A stretch of 64,000 nucleotides of DNA. Source: Pseudomonadota bacterium. GTDB taxonomy: Bacteria; Myxococcota; Myxococcia; Myxococcales; Myxococcaceae. A model generated the notes under the pieces. That model had not been told where the DNA came from. It was given only the letters and a program-made list of their open reading frames with translations, and made no database searches. The first letter of the stretch is position 1. Every line of letters starts with the position of its first letter. The stretch covers positions 1 through 64,000 of the forward strand of contig JAFAFL010000097.1 in the NCBI GenBank assembly GCA_023423535.1, given 5' to 3'. Made by a program: the position numbers and the translations under genes. Shown in pieces: positions 60,591 to 64,000 of this stretch.

Positions 60591-62119
60591 TGGCCGCGCA
60601 CGTTTCTGTCCTCCCCATCCTCGTCCTGCTGTTCGGGGCGATGCTGCAGATCGCGGTCGCGCGCCTGTGGCCGAAGCTCACCCATCCACTCGCGGTCGTG
60701 ACCTCCGCCGGCTCGTTCGTAGCGGCGGTGCTGCTCGCGGTGCGCGTGGTGCGCGACGGCGCGGTCTCCTACCAGCTCGGCGGTTGGTCGCCGCCGTGGG
60801 GCATCGAGCTGCGGGTGGACAACCTCTCCGCGGTGATGGTGGTGATGGTCACCGCGCTGTCGCTGCTGGTGCTCGTGTTCGCGGGCTCCGGGCTCGCGGC
60901 ACACCTGCGCAGCCGGCGCGCGTACTTCTACTCGCTCTACCTCCTGCTCACGATGGGCATGAGCGGGATGGTCCTCACCGGGGACCTCTTCAACCTCTAC
61001 GTGTTCCTCGAGGTCACCGCGCTGGCCTCCTACGCGATCCTCGGCGTGGGTGACGACGCGTCGCCGGTGTCCGCGTTCCGGTACCTGATCATCGGCACGC
61101 TGGGCGCGATGTTCTACCTGCTGGGGATCGCCTTCGTGTACGGCATCACCGGCACGCTGAACTACGCGGACGTCGCCGAGCGCCTGATGGCGATGGGCAG
61201 CGACGGCGCCTCCGGACCTGCAGCGGTGGGGCTGGCGCTGATGCTCGCGGGCTTCGGGATCAAGGCCGCGCTCTTCCCGCTGCACATCTGGCTGCCGGAC
61301 GCCTACACCTACGCACCGAACGTCACCACCGCGTTCCTCGGCTCGGTGGGCACGAAGATCGGCGCCTACGCGATCTTCCGCGTCCTCTACACGGTGTACG
61401 GCGTGGAGCAGAACCGGATCGACTGGCCGGTGCTGGAGGTGATGGGCGCGCTCTCCGCGGTGGCCATCGTCGTCGGCTCGGTGCTGGCGATCGCGCAGAC
61501 GGATCTGAAGCGGATGCTTGCGTACTCGAGCGTGGCGCAACTGGGCTACGTGCTGCTCGGCTTCTCGCTGCCGAACGAGCTCGGGCTCACCGGCGGCTTC
61601 CTCCACATCCTCAACCACGCGCTGATGAAGTGCTGCCTCTTCCTCGCGACCGCCGCCATCGTCGCGCGGCTCGGTCACCGCGACATCCGGAAGCTCGGAG
61701 GCCTGGGGCGCGAGATGCCGATGACGATGACCGCCTTCACCATCGCGGCGATCTCCATGATCGGCCTGCCGCCCACCGCGGGTTTCTTCTCCAAGTGGTA
61801 CCTGGTGCTCGGCGCGGTGGAGGCGGGACGCTGGCCCTACGTGGTGGTCATCCTCGGGTCGTCGCTGCTGACCGCGGTGTACTTCTTCCGGGTGCTCGAG
61901 CACGCGTGGCTGCGCGCGCTGGCCGATCCGCAGGCGCGTCTGCAGCCCACCTCCGCGGGCGGCGAAGCCTTCTCCGAACGTCGCCACCTGCTGCCGGCCG
62001 GAATGATCGCGCCGCTGGTGGTGACGGGCCTGGGGATCTTCGTCCTCGGCCTCGCCTCGTGGCCGCTGGTCGAGCACGTCATCCGTCCGGCGCTGCCGGC
62101 CGCGCTGGGGGCGGGGTAG
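60590..62119 (+). CDS. mnhD: Mrp antiporter subunit D (NuoM/N-like proton-pumping subunit)
   Basis: 509 aa, about 14 TM; NuoL/M/N family. Confidence 0.8.
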   Translation: MAAHVSVLPILVLLFGAMLQIAVARLWPKLTHPLAVVTSAGSFVAAVLLAVRVVRDGAVSYQLGGWSPPWGIELRVDNLSAVMVVMVTALSLLVLVFAGSGLAAHLRSRRAYFYSLYLLLTMGMSGMVLTGDLFNLYVFLEVTALASYAILGVGDDASPVSAFRYLIIGTLGAMFYLLGIAFVYGITGTLNYADVAERLMAMGSDGASGPAAVGLALMLAGFGIKAALFPLHIWLPDAYTYAPNVTTAFLGSVGTKIGAYAIFRVLYTVYGVEQNRIDWPVLEVMGALSAVAIVVGSVLAIAQTDLKRMLAYSSVAQLGYVLLGFSLPNELGLTGGFLHILNHALMKCCLFLATAAIVARLGHRDIRKLGGLGREMPMTMTAFTIAAISMIGLPPTAGFFSKWYLVLGAVEAGRWPYVVVILGSSLLTAVYFFRVLEHAWLRALADPQARLQPTSAGGEAFSERRHLLPAGMIAPLVVTGLGIFVLGLASWPLVEHVIRPALPAALGAG

Positions 62120-62122
62120 GCG

Positions 62123-63619
62123 ATGGACCTGAATCACTTCTGGGACCTGCGCCCGCTCTGGATCGTCCTGATCACGCCGCTGGCCGCCGGCGCGATCCTC
62201 CTCTCCGGCAAGCGCCCGAACCTGCGCGAAGCGTGGACGTTCCTCGCAGCCTTCCTCCAGCTGGGGCTCGTGCTCTCCATGCTCCCCGAGGTGCTCGCGG
62301 GGAAGGTGTTCGAGGTGAAGGTGGTGAGCCTTGCCTCGGGCTTCGATCTGCAGCTTCGGACGGACTCGCTGGGGATGCTCTTCGCGCTGGTGGCGGCGAT
62401 CCTCTGGGTCGTCACGGCGCTCTACAGCGTGGGCTACATGCGCACGTTGAAGGAGAAGCACCAGACGGGCTTCTACGCGTCCTTCGCGCTCTGCATCTGC
62501 GCCGCGATGGGCCTCGCCTTCAGCGCGAACCCGCTCACGTTCTTCGTCTTCTACGAGGTCCTCACGCTCGCCACCTACCCGCTGGTGGTGCACAAGCGGA
62601 CCGAGAAGGCGATCGTCACCGGACGGCTCTACCTCGCATACACGCTGAGCGCGGGCCTCGCGCTGCTGCTGGCCACCGGCTGGAGCCACATCCTCGTGCC
62701 GGCCGCGGACTTCGTGCCGGGCGGCTTCCTCCACGTCTCCGCGGGCGCGAAGGTCTCGCTCGTCGCCATCTTCGTGCTCTTCATCGCGGGCGTCGGCGTG
62801 AAGGCGGGCATCATGCCGCTGCACGCGTGGCTGCCCGCGGCGATGATCGCGCCCACGCCGGTCTCAGCGCTCCTGCACGCGGTGGCGGTGGTGAAGGCGG
62901 GCGTGTTCGGCGTCATCCGCGTGTGCGGCTACGTGTTCGGCATGGACACGCTGCGAGACCTCGGCGTGACGCTGCCGCTCGCCGCGCTGGCGGGCTTCAC
63001 CATCATCACCGCGTCGGTGATCGCGCTGACGCAGGACAACCTCAAGCGGCGGCTCGCCTATTCGACGATCGGCCAACTCTCCTACATCGTGCTCGGGGTC
63101 ACGCTGCTGACCGAGGCGGGCGTCACCGGCTCGGTGATGCACATCGTCAACCACGCGTTCATGAAGATCACCCTGTTCTTCTGCGCGGGCGCCATCTACG
63201 CGCACCTGCACCTCGAGAACATCAGCGAGATGAAGGGCATCGGCCGCGCCATGCCGTGGACCATGGCCGCCTTTGCAGTCGCCAGCGTGGGCATCGCCGG
63301 GATCCCTCCGTTGCCGGGCTTCGTCTCCAAGTGGTGGCTGGGGATGGGCACGCTGCAGGCGGACCAGGTGGTCTTCCTCTTCGTGCTCGTGGGCTCCTCG
63401 CTGCTCTCGGTCATCTACTTCTTCCCCATCGTGTTCGCGGCGTACTTCCAGAAGAACGAGGCGTTCCCGGTGAGGAACGAAGCGCCCTTTGCCTTGCTCG
63501 CGCCGCCGCTGTTCACCGCCGCCGCGTCGATCGTGATCGGCCTCTTTCCGGACGTGGGCGGCTCGTTCTGGAGCCTCGCCACCGACGTCACGCGCGCGCT
63601 GGCGGGGAGGGGAGGGTGA
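62123..63619 (+). CDS. Second NuoM/N-like antiporter-type membrane subunit (MnhD paralogue / MbhH-like)
   Basis: 498 aa; same family as the neighbour but diverged. Confidence 0.75.
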   Translation: MDLNHFWDLRPLWIVLITPLAAGAILLSGKRPNLREAWTFLAAFLQLGLVLSMLPEVLAGKVFEVKVVSLASGFDLQLRTDSLGMLFALVAAILWVVTALYSVGYMRTLKEKHQTGFYASFALCICAAMGLAFSANPLTFFVFYEVLTLATYPLVVHKRTEKAIVTGRLYLAYTLSAGLALLLATGWSHILVPAADFVPGGFLHVSAGAKVSLVAIFVLFIAGVGVKAGIMPLHAWLPAAMIAPTPVSALLHAVAVVKAGVFGVIRVCGYVFGMDTLRDLGVTLPLAALAGFTIITASVIALTQDNLKRRLAYSTIGQLSYIVLGVTLLTEAGVTGSVMHIVNHAFMKITLFFCAGAIYAHLHLENISEMKGIGRAMPWTMAAFAVASVGIAGIPPLPGFVSKWWLGMGTLQADQVVFLFVLVGSSLLSVIYFFPIVFAAYFQKNEAFPVRNEAPFALLAPPLFTAAASIVIGLFPDVGGSFWSLATDVTRALAGRGG

Positions 63620-63867
63620 TGGCGCCTCAGCAGAAGAAGCGTCTCTTCATCGGCGCGGGCCTCGCGCTGGTCGCGGTGTGCGTGGCGCTCGAGGGCCTCG
63701 TCCCCGACAAGCACCTCAGCGATCCGTCGTGGACGGTGCACGCCTACCACCGCATCCCCGGGTGGAACGGCCTCATCGGCATCGCCGGGTGCGTCGTGCT
63801 CGTGTTCGCGTCCAAGGCGCTGGGCAAGGTGTTCCTGCAGAAGCGCGAGGACTTCTACGATGAGTGA
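63619..63867 (+). CDS. Small membrane protein (82 aa) within the mnh cluster
   Basis: ATG overlapping upstream stop; two hydrophobic segments. Confidence 0.4.
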   Translation: MAPQQKKRLFIGAGLALVAVCVALEGLVPDKHLSDPSWTVHAYHRIPGWNGLIGIAGCVVLVFASKALGKVFLQKREDFYDE

Positions 63868-64000
63868 CCTCGCGTTGCCGATGCTCGGTCCGGTGCCGCC
63901 GGGCCTCCTGCTGCTCCTCGGCGCGGTGCCGCTGGCGTTTCTCCGAGGCCTGCCGCGCAAGCTCGTCCAGGTCGCCGCGCCGGTGCTCGCGCTGTGGCAG
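63860..64000 (+). CDS. 5' end of a further membrane subunit gene of the Mrp/Mbh-like cluster (partial, runs off window)
   Basis: ATG overlapping upstream stop; hydrophobic N-terminus MSDLALPMLGPVPPGLLLLLGAVPLAF. Confidence 0.45.
   Translation, partial: MSDLALPMLGPVPPGLLLLLGAVPLAFLRGLPRKLVQVAAPVLALWQ

Overview
High-GC (roughly 70%) bacterial chromosome segment with a Myxococcota-like gene repertoire: a Cys-rich-repeat lipoprotein, FHA-GAF-cyclase plus Ser/Thr kinase, ECF sigma/anti-sigma, and sigma-54 activators. Left to right the window holds: short tandem-repeat arrays; a two-gene Hcn/sarcosine-oxidase-like flavoprotein pair divergent from a P5C dehydrogenase; a lipoprotein built of six Cys-rich repeats; a four-gene operon yqiJ/NfeD-like -> flotillin (SPFH) -> 1933-aa protein with an embedded MoxR-type AAA+ module -> coupled lipoprotein; quinone oxidoreductase/TetR/CspA; an ECF sigma - anti-sigma - LiaG-like module; TruD; an FHA-GAF-adenylate/guanylate cyclase - Ser/Thr kinase operon. 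A distinctly lower-GC ~3.4 kb island follows, encoding a WD40-Roc-COR-zinc ribbon protein whose C-terminal TIR domain is cut off by a frameshift inside a G9 homopolymer. Beyond it are a five-gene opp operon; a GFA-family protein, a membrane protein, a YegD-type Hsp70 and a 931-aa NACHT NTPase; a GAF sigma-54 activator plus MBL hydrolase with a candidate -24/-12 promoter; a GT2 glycosyltransferase; a duplicated Mla/Mce-like ABC system; a UbiB kinase; a Pal-like lipoprotein; an NtrC-type two-component pair; and a multi-subunit Mrp/Mbh-like cation:proton antiporter cluster running off the window end. No rRNA, tRNA or CRISPR arrays were seen. The two most novel candidates are the Roc-COR-TIR island protein and the flotillin-associated giant AAA+ protein; the NACHT NTPase neighbourhood is a third. 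All calls are from reading the six-frame translation; no database search was possible.
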